Translations under genes and position numbers: made by a program
NCBI GenBank assembly: GCA_016748015.1
Contig: JAAOMT010000586.1
Location: forward strand, 372,001 to 436,000
Reading direction: 5' to 3'
DNA length: 64,000 nt
Origin: Geosiphon pyriformis uo1
Lineage: Eukaryota; Fungi; Glomeromycota
The notes under the pieces: generated by a model
Told to the model about the DNA's origin: nothing
Seen by the model: only the letters and a program-made list of their open reading frames with translations
Database searches by the model: none
Part shown: one piece after another, positions 26,680 to 39,583 of the stretch
Numbering within the stretch: position 1 is the first letter of the stretch
How the letters are laid out: every line of letters begins with the position of its first letter

Positions 26680-26980
26680 TATTTCTGAAACACATTATAA
26701 TTTGTTTATTTGGAATTGGTGAATTCAGAAACAATTTGAAAATAAGATTTTTACTATATTTTATTAACTGTATATGTATGTTAGTTTTAAAATAAATAAA
26801 CAACAGTTTATAATAATAATAGTAAAACAAACTAATTGTCAGAAATCTGGCTTTATTTGTACTAGTGGTTCAGAATCTAGTAATATTGAAAACTCATCTT
26901 TAATTGCAATCAATACTTTGTATTAAAGTATATTTGGTGTCAAGACAGAATATTCAGGTCTTTTAATCCTTAAAGTTTTA
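26680..26980 (+). pseudogene. Coding relic of unknown family (possibly FYR-like, repeat-associated)
   Basis: Reads QKSGFICTSGSESSNIENSSLIAINTLY*SIFGVKTEYSGLLIL. I recall similar motifs in multicopy Glomeromycotina hypothetical proteins, but this is unverified. Confidence 0.35.
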
Positions 26981-29900
26981 AATTAACTTACAAATCTAAT
27001 ATTGATAAAGCATATGATAAGATTAGAATTTTGTCTATTATTGCAAAAAAGTTTTTTTATTCAGTATTAAAACAACAGTTTAAGATAAGAAATCAAGATC
27101 TTTATAATATGTTATATTTTAATACTTACTATAAAATTAGATCAGATTAGATACAATAAATGCTGCAAAAAAACATGCAAGATTATATGGTCTTAAATTA
27201 TTTCTTTTTAAAAAACCAAAGTGTACTTATCAAAAGATATCTAAAATCAAAAAATTGCAATTCATTGAATTTTTTCTAGACAAAAATAATGTTACTATGA
27301 GTTTTTACAAAATAGACTATAATAAAAAACTATAATAAAGTTATTAAATAAAATTAATTTGTTTTAATAAATAAAAATTTTACTTATATATTTAAGATTA
27401 TTAAAAATTAAAGTACTTAAAAACAAAAAAATAAGTTTAAAATTGTATTGTTTATTTTATATATATTATTGTACATAATTTTAAAAATTTTCAAAAAAAT
27501 ATTAATAATAAAATATAAAAAAATTTTTATTTATTTATTTTATTTATTTATTTATTTTTATATTATTAAATAGCTTATAGTTAAAATTTTTTATAAAAAA
27601 AATAATTTTTTAAACAAATTATTAAAAAATTTTTGTAAAAAAATTAATTTTTATGACAAAATAATTATATAAGTAATTAATATAAAATTTACTAATTTTT
27701 ATTAACAACAAATTAACAAAAAACAGCATTAATAATATTTAAAAAAAAAAACTAAAATTTTTAATAATAAATATTTAAAACAATCAAAATTCTCAATTTT
27801 GTTAATATTAATATTAAAGTTAAACAAAACTGGCTTATTTTATATATTATATTTTATCTTAACTTTATTATTTTTTGCTTAATTTATATTTATTTTACCA
27901 AAAATATTAATATTTTATTTAATTTAAAAATTTTTGCTTTTAAATACATTTTATATAAAAATATTATTTTTACAAAACAACAATTATAAAATTAATAAAC
28001 TTAATAATAAACTGAATTAAAATAACCAAATTAGTTAATTAGAACTTTAAAAAATTCAAATAAAAAATTAACAATAATAATAACAAGATTAATTAAAAAA
28101 TTAACAACAAAAAAATCTAGCAAAAAAAAAGTAAAAACTATAATATAAAATTTAATTTCAATAAAATAAAATTTAAAAACTTTAAAAAAAACAATAAATT
28201 GAAATAAAATCTTTAAAAAAAAAGATAATAATACTTTATAATTTAAGATTAAATAATTTAAATCTTAATATTTAAAGCAATACTTATATTTAAGTATTTT
28301 TTATCAGATATAACAATTTTTTAAAATATTAGGTTTAATAATTATTAACTTAAAAAACCAATTTACTGATTTTAAAAACTGTACAACCAAAAAGTATAAA
28401 AATTATTAAAAATTTATATATATAAACTAAAATACAATTTTAATAAAAACTAATTTAATTTTAAAAAACACTAAATATTAGAATAAAAATTATTAATTTA
28501 ATAAACTTTTAATAATTAATAAGTGTTTTTTAAATATTACCAAGAAAAGTATTAAAAAACAAAAAAAAATTGATTTTATTTTAGTCCAATTTTTAAGATT
28601 AAGTAATTTAATAATTAAAAAAACATATGTAAAAATTTGTTTTGTTTTGTTTTTAAATTAGTAAAAATTAATTAGAAATTAACATATTAAGAAATACAAT
28701 TAAAAATTAATTTAAACCAAAATTAATTAATATGTTTCTATTGTTATTGTTTAAAACCAAAAAAAATTTATTTATAATTACAACAAAACTGAATATTTTA
28801 ATTAATATTAATATAAAACTAATAAAAAGCCAAAAAAACTGAAGCTTTATTTTTTATAAAAGAAAAAACAGACTTTAAATACTAAAATTAGCATTAAAAA
28901 AAGCCATTTAATATGTTAAAAAGATTATTATTAAAAATAACCAAAATTTGAAAAGATTTTTTCTTGGCTTTTTTGGTTATTTAAATAATAATAAAAGAAA
29001 AATAAATAAAAAAATTACTTGATTATTAATTTTTTATTAAATAGTTTAGAATTTTTAAAAAAGACAAAGATTATATTAAATTATTTTAAATAAATATTTT
29101 TAAAATAATAAAAACTAATTAATTATTATGTTATTTAAGAAAAGTGTATTTATAAAATACTTTTAAACAGTTTTAACAATTGTAAATATATTATTAGTAA
29201 AAATACTATAAGTTATTTTTTTTTATTAGAGTTTAACAAATAAGGCCCAACCATTATCTAATACAATATAACTACATAAAGTCTTAAATTAGATGTGGCT
29301 CATGCATTGTTTATATGTAACCAGCTATTCGAACCAGTTCAGACTATACTACATTGATACACTAAAAAAAAACTTACCTAAAGACAACATCTTTTGAATA
29401 ACAAGAAACAAAGTTGCACTATAAAAAACCAATCCAACCAGCCACTTAGCTGTCTTTAAGGCATTAGTTTTAACATCAATAGGCTCATGTTCCTAAAGGA
29501 ACATCAAGTTAAAAAACACTTGGTCATCCAAAACAACTGAGTGTTCTGAATCACCAAACATATTAATATCTTCTATATAGCACTCTTTTTTTAAAGAAAC
29601 CATTTTTCTTCCTAACTTACCAACAATTTTACTAAAAGAACCCATATGCACCATAACCTCATTGATCTTAAGACCAAGTGTACTGCTTGAGGCCAAATTC
29701 TCATTAATAAATTGCTTAAACAATTTGACCAAAGAACCAACTGGTTTGACAATAGATTCAACCAAAGCAAAAAGCTTGACCAAATCAGACTCCAAAAAAG
29801 CTAACCAAAAAAACATCAAGGAATCACCAATAATTATGAAAGGGGAAGTAGAAACCACCAGAAGAAGAAACTCAGAAGAATTCAAGAAAACAGAAGCTTT

Positions 29901-30679
29901 TGCATAAGAAACACCATTTACAAAACATGTTCTAAATACTTTGGGAGCCTTGGGAGGAGAAGGTAATGAAACTTTACAGTCAACAGCCAAATGGCCCACT
30001 TTTTGACACCTAAAGCAGCACTGACAACCAGGGGTTTCCCACCAAATATGGTATTTCTTTAAGGTACCAGTTTTGACAACTGCAAAGTCCAAATCAACTT
30101 GGAAACCAAATATAATCAGAGCAAACTGGGAACAATGACCAGAATTAGATGAATAAGGAATGAAACAAGTCCAGCCACCAACCTGAGAGATCATATTACT
30201 AATCTCAAAGACAGTACAGCCAGAAAAAAGATTGACCAACTTGGTTTTGAACTGACCATAAAGCAAAATTGTCTCATTTTGATTGATAAAAAGAAAAATA
30301 CAAACACTATCTTTGCCCACCAAAATTGACCAGTGATTAAGAGCAAAAGCAGCAGCATCCAATTCTTTGAAGTAAACAACCACATATTGCCAAACACCAG
30401 CAGGTTTCAATACTACACAAGAAACTTCACCAAAAATACTAAGAGCTGACTTAATATTAGTAGCAGACACACTTAAAGACATATTACACAGTGCAGCAGC
30501 AGCAAGAGAAGAACTAGACTCAGAAAACACCAAAAACTTGGCAATTTTGAGAGAAGTGAAGCAAACAGAGCTTGTAAGCTCAACCAGAAAAGCAGTGTCT
30601 AAAGAACTTTGGAAAGCAAACTCCACACAAAACAGCTTTACATTGTCCTTTGAAACTGATTTTGCATTCAAGAAATCAT

Positions 30680-31627
30680 TGTTACCAGTAGAATTTTAGC
30701 TATTAATTAGCATGAAATTACCCTTATAATTTCTATAATTAATCAGTATATTAATATTATTTCAAATTATCATTTATTATTTAATCAATTATTACATATC
30801 ATAATTCAATTAAAATAATCTAATTAGTATAACAGAAAGTAGGATGATCAAATTACACATACCCTGAACTTTGTAACATTCAAAAATTCGCCGAAATTAT
30901 GAATAGTTCATCCAAATTAATCAATAGTTCAGCGAAATAACTTGTAGTTCATCAAAATGTATCTTTAATTTGCCAAAATTTGAGCAAAGAGAAAAAATGC
31001 AAGTTTATAGACTAGTACTACAACAAGTTGTATAAAAGAAAAGCTTTTCTCTTCTGGAAAATGTATCTTACTTTAGATTTATCTCTTAAAACCGTTCCTA
31101 TACACACAAAAAAAAAAATATCAAATAATTTGAAAAAACCAAATTCTTTAATTATTGTACTTGTAAATCCCCAAAACCCAACTAACATTTCGAAATTGAT
31201 TAGCTACCAATTTCAGTAAACTGTTAATGACTTCAGGTCTGGATAGAAAACGTTTTTCTTGACAAAATTCTATTTCTTTTATATTTCTTTTATTTTTCTT
31301 TTATTTTTTTATTACAATCATTAGAGTAGCCTACAGACGAGATTTCTGTAGAAGAGTTGATTTTCACAGCAAAGTAACTACACATTTTTAGTGAGCTTCC
31401 AGATGAGCAATTCCTGGGAAAGAGTTGACGTTTATTACAATATAACTACATAAAGTAACTGGCAAGGAATTGGTCATTCCACTTATAAGCCCAGCAGTTC
31501 AAATTATAGGAGATAATCTGAAGATAAATTCAGTTATTGGAGGTTCAACTACTTCCTAAAAACGTGAATTCACAGCAAATCAACATTACCAACATTTAAG
31601 AAAAGAGACCAAAAACCTCCAGTAACA
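30680..31627 (+). repeat. 5' LTR, family B
   Basis: TGTTAC...GTAACA inverted termini; near-identical to 39564-40534. Confidence 0.97.
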
Positions 31628-31629
31628 TT

Positions 31630-31645
31630 TGGTGCTCTCCCATGG
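31630..31645 (+). promoter_or_regulatory. Primer-binding site TGGTGCTCTCCCATGG
   Basis: Lies 2 nt after the LTR CA; begins TGG (complement of tRNA CCA). Confidence 0.88.
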
Positions 31646-31675
31646 AAATAACACAGCAACAACAAATTCAAAGTG

Positions 31676-34600
31676 ATGACCACACCAGACACAGCAACTC
31701 TAGAGTATTACCAGTCAATTTACACCCACTGCAAGCAAAGATTCAACATTTCAGACGGAATTGAAGTTGTCAAGAAATCAGTATACCAATACATTGAAAA
31801 CCACATTAACAATTATCTTTTTGGAAACTACAACATCTCAGAAATTAGAAGCAACCTCTACAATAATTTAGTGCACTATTCACAATTGAGAACAGAAGAC
31901 CTAAACAGTAAAACACTTGCTACCTACTTCCAAAAACTTAATTTTAACATTATTGAGTATTGTGAAGAAAAATACTCAGTACAGTTTAAATACTCTTTTG
32001 ACTTTGAATCAGAGACAGAAACAAGCAACAAAGGCAAACAAAGATTGAAGCAATACTCAAAAATCACTCCAAACACTTCAACACTACAAAAGACACCTGC
32101 CAAACATTTGCAAACACCTGAACAAGGAACTAGTGTCAAATTACCACTTTCTATTACACCCTTTCCAATTTCACTTGTTCAATCACAAACACCAAATTCA
32201 CCACTCAACCACTTCTTCAGACCAGAAGATTTTCAGTCACCTAGAAACCCTACTCAACAGCAGGAACCAATATCAACAAGTGCCAATATCATTGATTACT
32301 TACAGGAAAACGAAAGTAATCATTCAGAAAGCTTGGAAAGTAAAAGAACTGAATCAGAACCAGAAGAAATTACAGAAAACAAAGAAGAAATGGCAACTGC
32401 TTACATTGCAAAAATTCCAGAATTCACTGGTGAAGACAATGATACCAGTCCTCAAGAATGGCTTGACAAGGTTCAAAAAGCAGGAGATGCAAATAGTTGG
32501 ATTGCAGCAAGAATGCTCAAAGCAATTCCCTATTTTCTCCAAGGAACAGCAGAAGAATAGTTTGAAAACTTAGAAGAACCATTTGAAAACTGGCAAGCAT
32601 TCAAAGATGCTTTTCTACAACAATTTACTGATAACAATACCTTTATCACTCTTAGAAACCGCTTTCACAATATCAAACAAGAAACATCTGAAACTGTTAT
32701 GACCTATCTTGAAAGATTTAACAAACTTCTCAGATGAATCCGACAATTGGAAACCAATAACTACTATTCTGATGCTCAAATTCTGGATCAGTTTATAGCA
32801 GAATTAAAAAACAAACTGATTAAGAAAGTCCGTCCACATGCTCCAGCAGATTTAGCAACTGCTATTAAACATGCAAAGAGCTATGAAATGGCAATGAAAG
32901 AAGCAAATCACACCAAGCTTGTAAACCTTGCAATTGGAAAAACCAGCTCAGCAGCTGAAGAGAAGATAGACCAACTCACAAAAAAAGTGGAAAGCTACTT
33001 CACAAACCAACAACAACAGCAACAACAACCACAAAAATATCAATCTCCACAACGACACAACCAAAACAATTTTGGATCACTATCCAACAACCAATCTCAA
33101 AATTGTCATTATTGTGGAATTCCAGGACACTGGAAATGAGATTGTAGGAAATTACAAAGAGACCAACAAAACAGGAGTAATCAACATTACTTTTTATCAC
33201 AACAATCTTATTACCAATCTTTACCACCAACCTATTATTCACCAAGACCACAAAATCAAAACTACTATCCACCAGCTCCACAATCAATGCAGCAACAATA
33301 TCAGCAACCTTTACCAATTCAGTCATATCAGACACCACCCACTCAACAATATCAAGTACCAGCAAGAAGATTGGTTCAACATAACCAATTCACACCCCAA
33401 AATCAATTGCAGAATAACCACAACAGAATCAATCTAAATAACCAGTTGGTTCCCCAAAATTCGGGTCAGCAAAGACCCAATCACTATCACACTTAACCCA
33501 GTTATTTTACAATACCAGAGAAATCGGATTTTCAACAAACTGCACTTTCTAAAGATGAAGTTGCAGCACCAAGATTAAACCCTTCCAACCACACCATTCC
33601 ACCAGCTCAAATTGCCCAAAATACCAATCTGTCAGACATATTTCCATTTGAATTTGAAGCAAATGAATCACCATTTCTGCTTAGTAATGCAGCAGTTAAT
33701 GAACAGAAAGCAATTACTGCTATGTACACAGAAGCTACAGTAGAAGGAAAACTCATTTGCTTAATCTTAGATAGTGGATTGGCTGGAAGTATTATCACTT
33801 ACCAGCTGATGCAACAACTCAAACAAAACATAGACAGACCAGCTCAAACAGTTATTGTCACAGCTGATGGTATAAAGAAGACTCCAGTAAGAGAAATTGA
33901 TGATTTCCCTTTTTCAATTGATGGAATCACCATTTCAGTTAAAGTTCTTGTTATGGATGCACTCCAATACCAAGCTTTAGTCAGAAATGATTGGCTTCTC
34001 AAGGCCAATGCAAACCTAAACTGAGAAACTCAAGAACTTAAAATCTTATACCAAGGACAATATACCATAGTACCTGCAACCTGTGGTATCTTTAACAAAC
34101 AATCAGAAAAAGCTCCAGTATTTGAATTTGAAGAGGAGAAAGAAATGCCACTTACTGAAACCTACATGGCTCTTGAATCAACATCCAATTGGACTGAGGA
34201 AACAGAACAAGAGATTTTTGAAGAATCAAGGGAATGAAAAAAAGTTAGATATTCTACACCAGAACCACAGAAACAACCACCCTATATTCCACTCAAATGC
34301 AAAGATTGCAACAAAAAACTTTTATCAATAGGAGCATGTATTTCTCTAGAAGAGGAATATGAAATTTGTACCTGTTACTTTTGCAAAGCATGCCATAGAG
34401 AACGATTTGAATCTCCAAAAAGAAGTGGAAAATGGGACAACACACCTTGCCTTACATGTGAAGAAATACTACCAGAAGAATGCAATTGGATTGACATAGC
34501 AATGAGAGGAGGAGTATGTGATCAAACCTGTCAATATGCTCTATCAATTTCAGAAAAAGTCAGAAGAGGAACACCATTTGATGCAGCATACAACAGTACT

Positions 34601-37293
34601 TTCAATAAATTTTACCACTACTCTCATGATGCTAAAATGATTTTTGACTTAGCAATGGCATTGATCAATGGAGCCACCCAAGAAGATGTCCACCAAATAA
34701 AAGAAGCTGAATATATTGAGTATACCATGGAATTAGCTGAATTTGATTATGAAGATGAAGTAGAAACCTACCACCAAATTGCAAGCCACACATATCTGAC
34801 CAAAGAAGCTCAAATTCAACAATTAGAGCAAATGAACATTCAATTGTGTGAAGAATGTGTCATGCCTTGTAATGACCAATGGTGTTTAGAATGTTATGCT
34901 CTTAGCATTCCTCTGCCAAATGGGAATGATGAAAATGAAATCGAATTTGGAGTATCTGAACTAGTAGAAGAACTACCAACCACTCCCATCTATCTTCTTG
35001 AAAAGCAACCACCTCTACAACTTAAATATTTTGACAACCATGGCCAAGGAATCAGACCAGAAAAAGCACACGAAATTGATGCTGGATATGACTTAAGATA
35101 CCCAGGAAAAGATACTTTGATTCTCCAACCAAAGTCTTTGACAAAAATCAATCTAAAAATTGCTTTTGAAATTCCACCAGAAGCAATGGTTCAAATTGCC
35201 TCCAGATTATCATTGGCAAGCAAAGGAATTAATATTAGAGAAGGAGTTATAGATGCAGGATACACTGGAGACATTATCATCATGTTACAGAATAAGACAG
35301 ACAAACCATTCAAAATTGAACATGCTGAAAAAATTGCTCAAGCAATTTACTTACCCTTAATCAACATTTCAGGTTTACAATCAGTAAACAACAGAGAACA
35401 ATTGGGAAAAAGTGAAAGAGGAACTCAAGATTTCGGTTCAACTGGACAATTTACAGTTCCAGTAAACATAGCTCTTAATACACAAAATGAATCTCACCAG
35501 ATTCTTCAACTTCCTCAACCAATTACCATTTCACTTTTTGGAGAACATCATGAAATTTACACTTGCTCAAAACCCACTACTACCCAACAAATCTTTGAAT
35601 CAAATGAACAAATTTGTTTGAAGCATGAAATATCAATTCCAAACGTTTATATTCCCAAAGGAATGAAAAAATTTTGAGTTACATTCTACAACCCCAATAA
35701 TTACCCTATTGTCTTATTAAACAAATTAGAAATTGGAATCATACACAGCAATATCTTTCAAAATGAAAACCCTCAAATTGTCTCTAATTTCATCAAAATT
35801 GTAAAGCACACTCTACTCCCAAATCCAAATATCATTTTCACTACTAAAAACTACCACTTGTTGGAAGAAAAACTCTCTTGAATCAATATGGGTTCTTTAG
35901 AACCTCAACAACAAAGACAATTGAAACAATTGATAGCTGAATTTGCAGATATATTTGCAAAAGACAACAATGACTTGGAAAAAACAAACATTGTTTAACA
36001 TTAAATCCATATAGGAGATGCTCCACCAAAACGTCAACAAGCCTATTGAGTGCCACCTGCCAGCCACCAATTCATCAGAGAAGAGGTCCAAAGAATGCTC
36101 AATAATAGATTGATTCAACTATCAAGAAGTCTTTGGGCCTCACCAGTAGTTTTAGTTAAAAAAAAAATGGAAAAATCAGATTCTGTGTTAATTATAGACA
36201 ACTGAATAGTGTTATAATTGGAAATGTCTACTCTCTTCCAAGAATTAATGACATGCTAGATGCTCTAGGAAAAGCCAAGTTCTTCTCAACTTTAAACTTG
36301 AAAAGTGGATACTGGCAAGTCAAAATGGACCCAAAAGACTGACCCAAAACAGCATTCACCACCCAAGGAGGAAACTATGAGTTCAATGTTATGTTTTTTG
36401 AACTCTGCAATGCACCAGCAACATTCCAATAACTTATGGATGTTGTATATAAAAGACTCTTATGGCAATCAGTAGTTGTTTACCTTGATAACACTGATGT
36501 GTACTCACCAAGCTTTGAAGCCTATCTTATTCATCTGTGAGAAGTTTTTTAATGACTACGGAAAGCAGGATTAAAGTTGAATATTGAGAAATGTCACTTT
36601 GGAAAAACAAGCTTAATCTTTCTTGGACACATGGTTAGCAAAGATGGAATCAAACCAAACCCTGGAACAATTAGTGCTGTCAAAAACTTCCAAACCCCAA
36701 AAAATACTACAGAGCTATGAGGATTTGTAGGATTAGCCTTCTATTATCGAAAATTCATCAAAGGATTCTCAGAAATTGCCAAATCACTCAATTATCTCAC
36801 CAATAAAAATGTGTCATACAAATGGACTGAAGAACAACAAAAAGCATTTGAAACCCTCAAAACAAAGCTGACAACAGCCCCAGTTCTTGCTTACTCAGAC
36901 TTCAACAAACGATTTCAACTAGCCACTAATGTTTCACACATAGCATTTGGTGCCATCTTATCACAAATAGATGAAAAGGGGCAAGAACAAGTCATCACTT
37001 ATGCTAGTAGAACACTCAAACCAACAGAACTAAAATATGGTTCAACTAAATTAGAAGCTGTTGCAGTTATTTGGGCTCTTAAACATTTTCAACAATATTT
37101 GAAGAATAAAAAAGAATTTGACATAATAACAGACAACATTGGCCTCAAATGACTCAATAAAAAGAAAACTGAACAAAGTACCAAACAGTCTTGATGGAAT
37201 AACTTCCTAGCAGACTACAGATATATTGTACACCACAAACCAAGAAAACTACATACCAATGTTAATAGCCTCTCAAAAATGAGACAAGATTAA
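31676..37293 (+). pseudogene. Gag-PR-Cys-rich-dUTPase-RT-RNase H polyprotein
   Basis: ORF pieces at 31673, 32747, 33287, 33722 and 34502 share one frame. Motifs: CA (KIPEFTGE...WL), CHYCGIPGHWK*DC, LILDSG, RT (YSLPRIND, YLDN), RH (LEAVAVIWALKHF). One frameshift in an A-run at ~36160. Confidence 0.93.
35030..35450 (+). pseudogene. dut: Trimeric dUTPase domain inside the Gypsy polyprotein
   Basis: All five motifs: DAGYDL, ASRLSLASKG, GVIDAGYTGDI, KIAQAI, RGTQDFGSTG. Confidence 0.93.
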
Positions 37294-37350
37294 TACCAAC
37301 AACAATTCCACCACAACTTACCAATCTACCAACAAAATAACCAAACAAGA

Positions 37351-38736
37351 ATGGATTTCAGAAATTACAGCAATCTTAAAAATTATTTGGAGACTCTTAC
37401 CATGCCAGAAAACTGGTCTCTAAGTGAAAAACACTGCTTACAACACCAATCAAAACAATATTTCATACACCAGAACAAAATTTATCATAAAAATCACAAA
37501 AAACCAAACTAGTCACTCAGATTAGTACAAAAGAATGAAAAAGAAACAATTTTATACAACATGCACACAGATCCGTCTTCAGCACACTTTAGAAAAGAAG
37601 GAACAATTCAAAGAACCCTTGAACATTATTTTTGGCCTCACATGCAAAAAGACATTTGACAATATGTAGAATTTTGTGATAGCTGTTAAAGAAGAAGAGG
37701 AACTCGCCTTACAGAACCTTTAAATTTAATTAAAGTTGGACAACCTTTTGACAGAGTTGGAATTGATTTAGTCAGATCATTACCTATCACAACCCAAGGA
37801 AATCATTATATTGCAGTTGCAGTGAATTATCTTACCAAATGGCCTAAAGCTAGAGCCATCCAAAGAGCAGATGCAAAATTAGTAGCAAATTTCATCTATG
37901 AAGACATTATCTGTAGACATAGATGTCCAATTGAACTCTTATCTGATCAAGGAACACATTTTGTGAACAACTTGATACAAGAAATTTGTGAACGGTTCAA
38001 TGTCAAAAGACTTCTATCATCACCTTATCACCCTCAAACAAATGGACTTGTAAAATGTTTCAATAGAACATTGTGTGAATCTCTAGCCAAAGTCTCAACA
38101 GACTTTGAGCAGAAATGGGATATCTTTATTCCATCAGTGTTACTAACATACAAAACACTAAAACAAGATACTATAAAACACACACTATTTGATCTTACTT
38201 ATGGAAGAACAGCAACATTACCAATTAATTTCACAGTGGAAACATATCCAGTGCAACCAATCAATAAAGAAAACTTTCAAAAGACACTCCAAAGAAGAGC
38301 CTACACTCTTCTTAGTACACTGGAAGGAAAAAAAAGAATAGCAGCAACTTATATTGAACATTCCCAAGCTCAACAAAAAGAAAGACATGACAACAAATTA
38401 CCACCTATTACCAACGAATTTAAAGTTGGAAATAAAGTTCTCTTACACAGAACTAAGACTGAAAAACAATAGAGTGAGAAATTTGAAAACAAATGGAATA
38501 GACCATTTTATATTCACAAAATTCTAGGCAATAGATCATATAAGTTAAGACTTGATGACAAAATATTAACAAAAGTTGCACATGGAGACAGATTGAAACA
38601 CTATTATTCCAGAAACAATCCTGAACCATTAATTCCACAAATTGGTACACATTCCCTTTTAATTAATCCTGAAGATATTCCCCAAAATTTAGAACCAATA
38701 ATTATAATAGAACAACAACCAAACTTGAACACTTAA
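37351..38736 (+). pseudogene. Integrase (HHCC, DDE core, GPY/F; no chromodomain)
   Basis: MHTDPSSAHF...CDSC, GIDL, LSDQGTHF, YHPQTNGLV, KWNRPFYI...HGDRLKHY. Begins at an ATG after an in-frame TAA. Confidence 0.92.
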
Positions 38737-38878
38737 ATTTTACAATAATTCTCTAATAAAAACACAAAGACAAAAATAGTAAATAATTACAAAACACCCA
38801 AACCCAAAAACAAATAAAAACTCCATATCCAAAAATAATTTTTTTTATTCTCTTTTTTCATAATTAGTTAATTTTATC

Positions 38879-39583
38879 ATGATTATTCTTCCAAACATTC
38901 AACAAATATCCCAAAAATTAATGTTAGTCTTGAAAACACTCCCTAACTTATCTATAACAATTAATAAAAGTCAAATTAATTACATTCAGAAAAAAACCAC
39001 AGCCCCAGTAGCAAATTATTTACAGAACTATCACCTCTATAGAAAAAAACAAGAAGTTACTCTGAGAATAGATTACCAAGATTTTTGAAGCAAACACTAA
39101 AAGAAAATTTTAATTGTCTCTATTGACATTTCACCAAATGCTACAATGCAACAAAAACTTCTACTACTTCTCAATGAACAGAACAATAAACACACCCCTA
39201 TTTATAAATACTTTCACATTGGAAAAACACTTTATGAACAAAAACTGGAACTTGAAGCAACAAATCTCACTCCTGAAGCTATACAAAAACAAATCCACAA
39301 TGAATTCAAAACAGCAGCTGGACCAACAAACATTTGCTACAAACTTAGAACAGCTCTTAGACTCTATGACTTGTTTAATACTTGTGAAAATGTTCTACAA
39401 AATCCAATACTATAACTAATAAAAATCCAATACATTAACAAATTCACAGAACTGAAATTTCAACAATTTTCAGACCAGATTACTTCAATTATTTTAGATC
39501 ACTATCTCAATATTACAGATAGTGCTTGGACTTCGACAGAGCTCAGTCTTGAGGAGGAGATTATGTTACCAGTAGAATTTTAG
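38879..39583 (+). pseudogene. Extra ~234-codon ORF of unknown function between integrase and 3' LTR
   Basis: ORFs 38879..39088 and 39146..39415 are in frame. The frame continues through the PPT to a TAG 20 nt inside the LTR. Confidence 0.75.
39551..39560 (+). promoter_or_regulatory. Polypurine tract GAGGAGGAGA
   Basis: Lies 3 nt upstream of the 3' LTR. Confidence 0.85.

Noticed and set aside
17524-28000. Short I/L/F/N/K-rich ORFs that look like mitochondrial or membrane proteins
   Set aside because: The composition results from AT decay of TE sequence. Several map to LINE ORFs.
30880-30985. CRISPR-like repeat-spacer array
   Set aside because: Cores are ~11 bp with ~9-bp spacers, inside a eukaryotic LTR, with no cas genes.
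31642-31764. 40-codon upstream ORF starting within the PBS and overlapping the gag start
   Set aside because: Not evident in the family A copy, so it cannot be distinguished from chance.
36481-36495. YLDN as a novel RT active site (also at ~4628-4639)
   Set aside because: GAC->AAC fits the pervasive G->A decay. It needs the family consensus before any claim.
38879-39583. env gene
   Set aside because: No signal peptide, transmembrane helix or furin/fusion motif.
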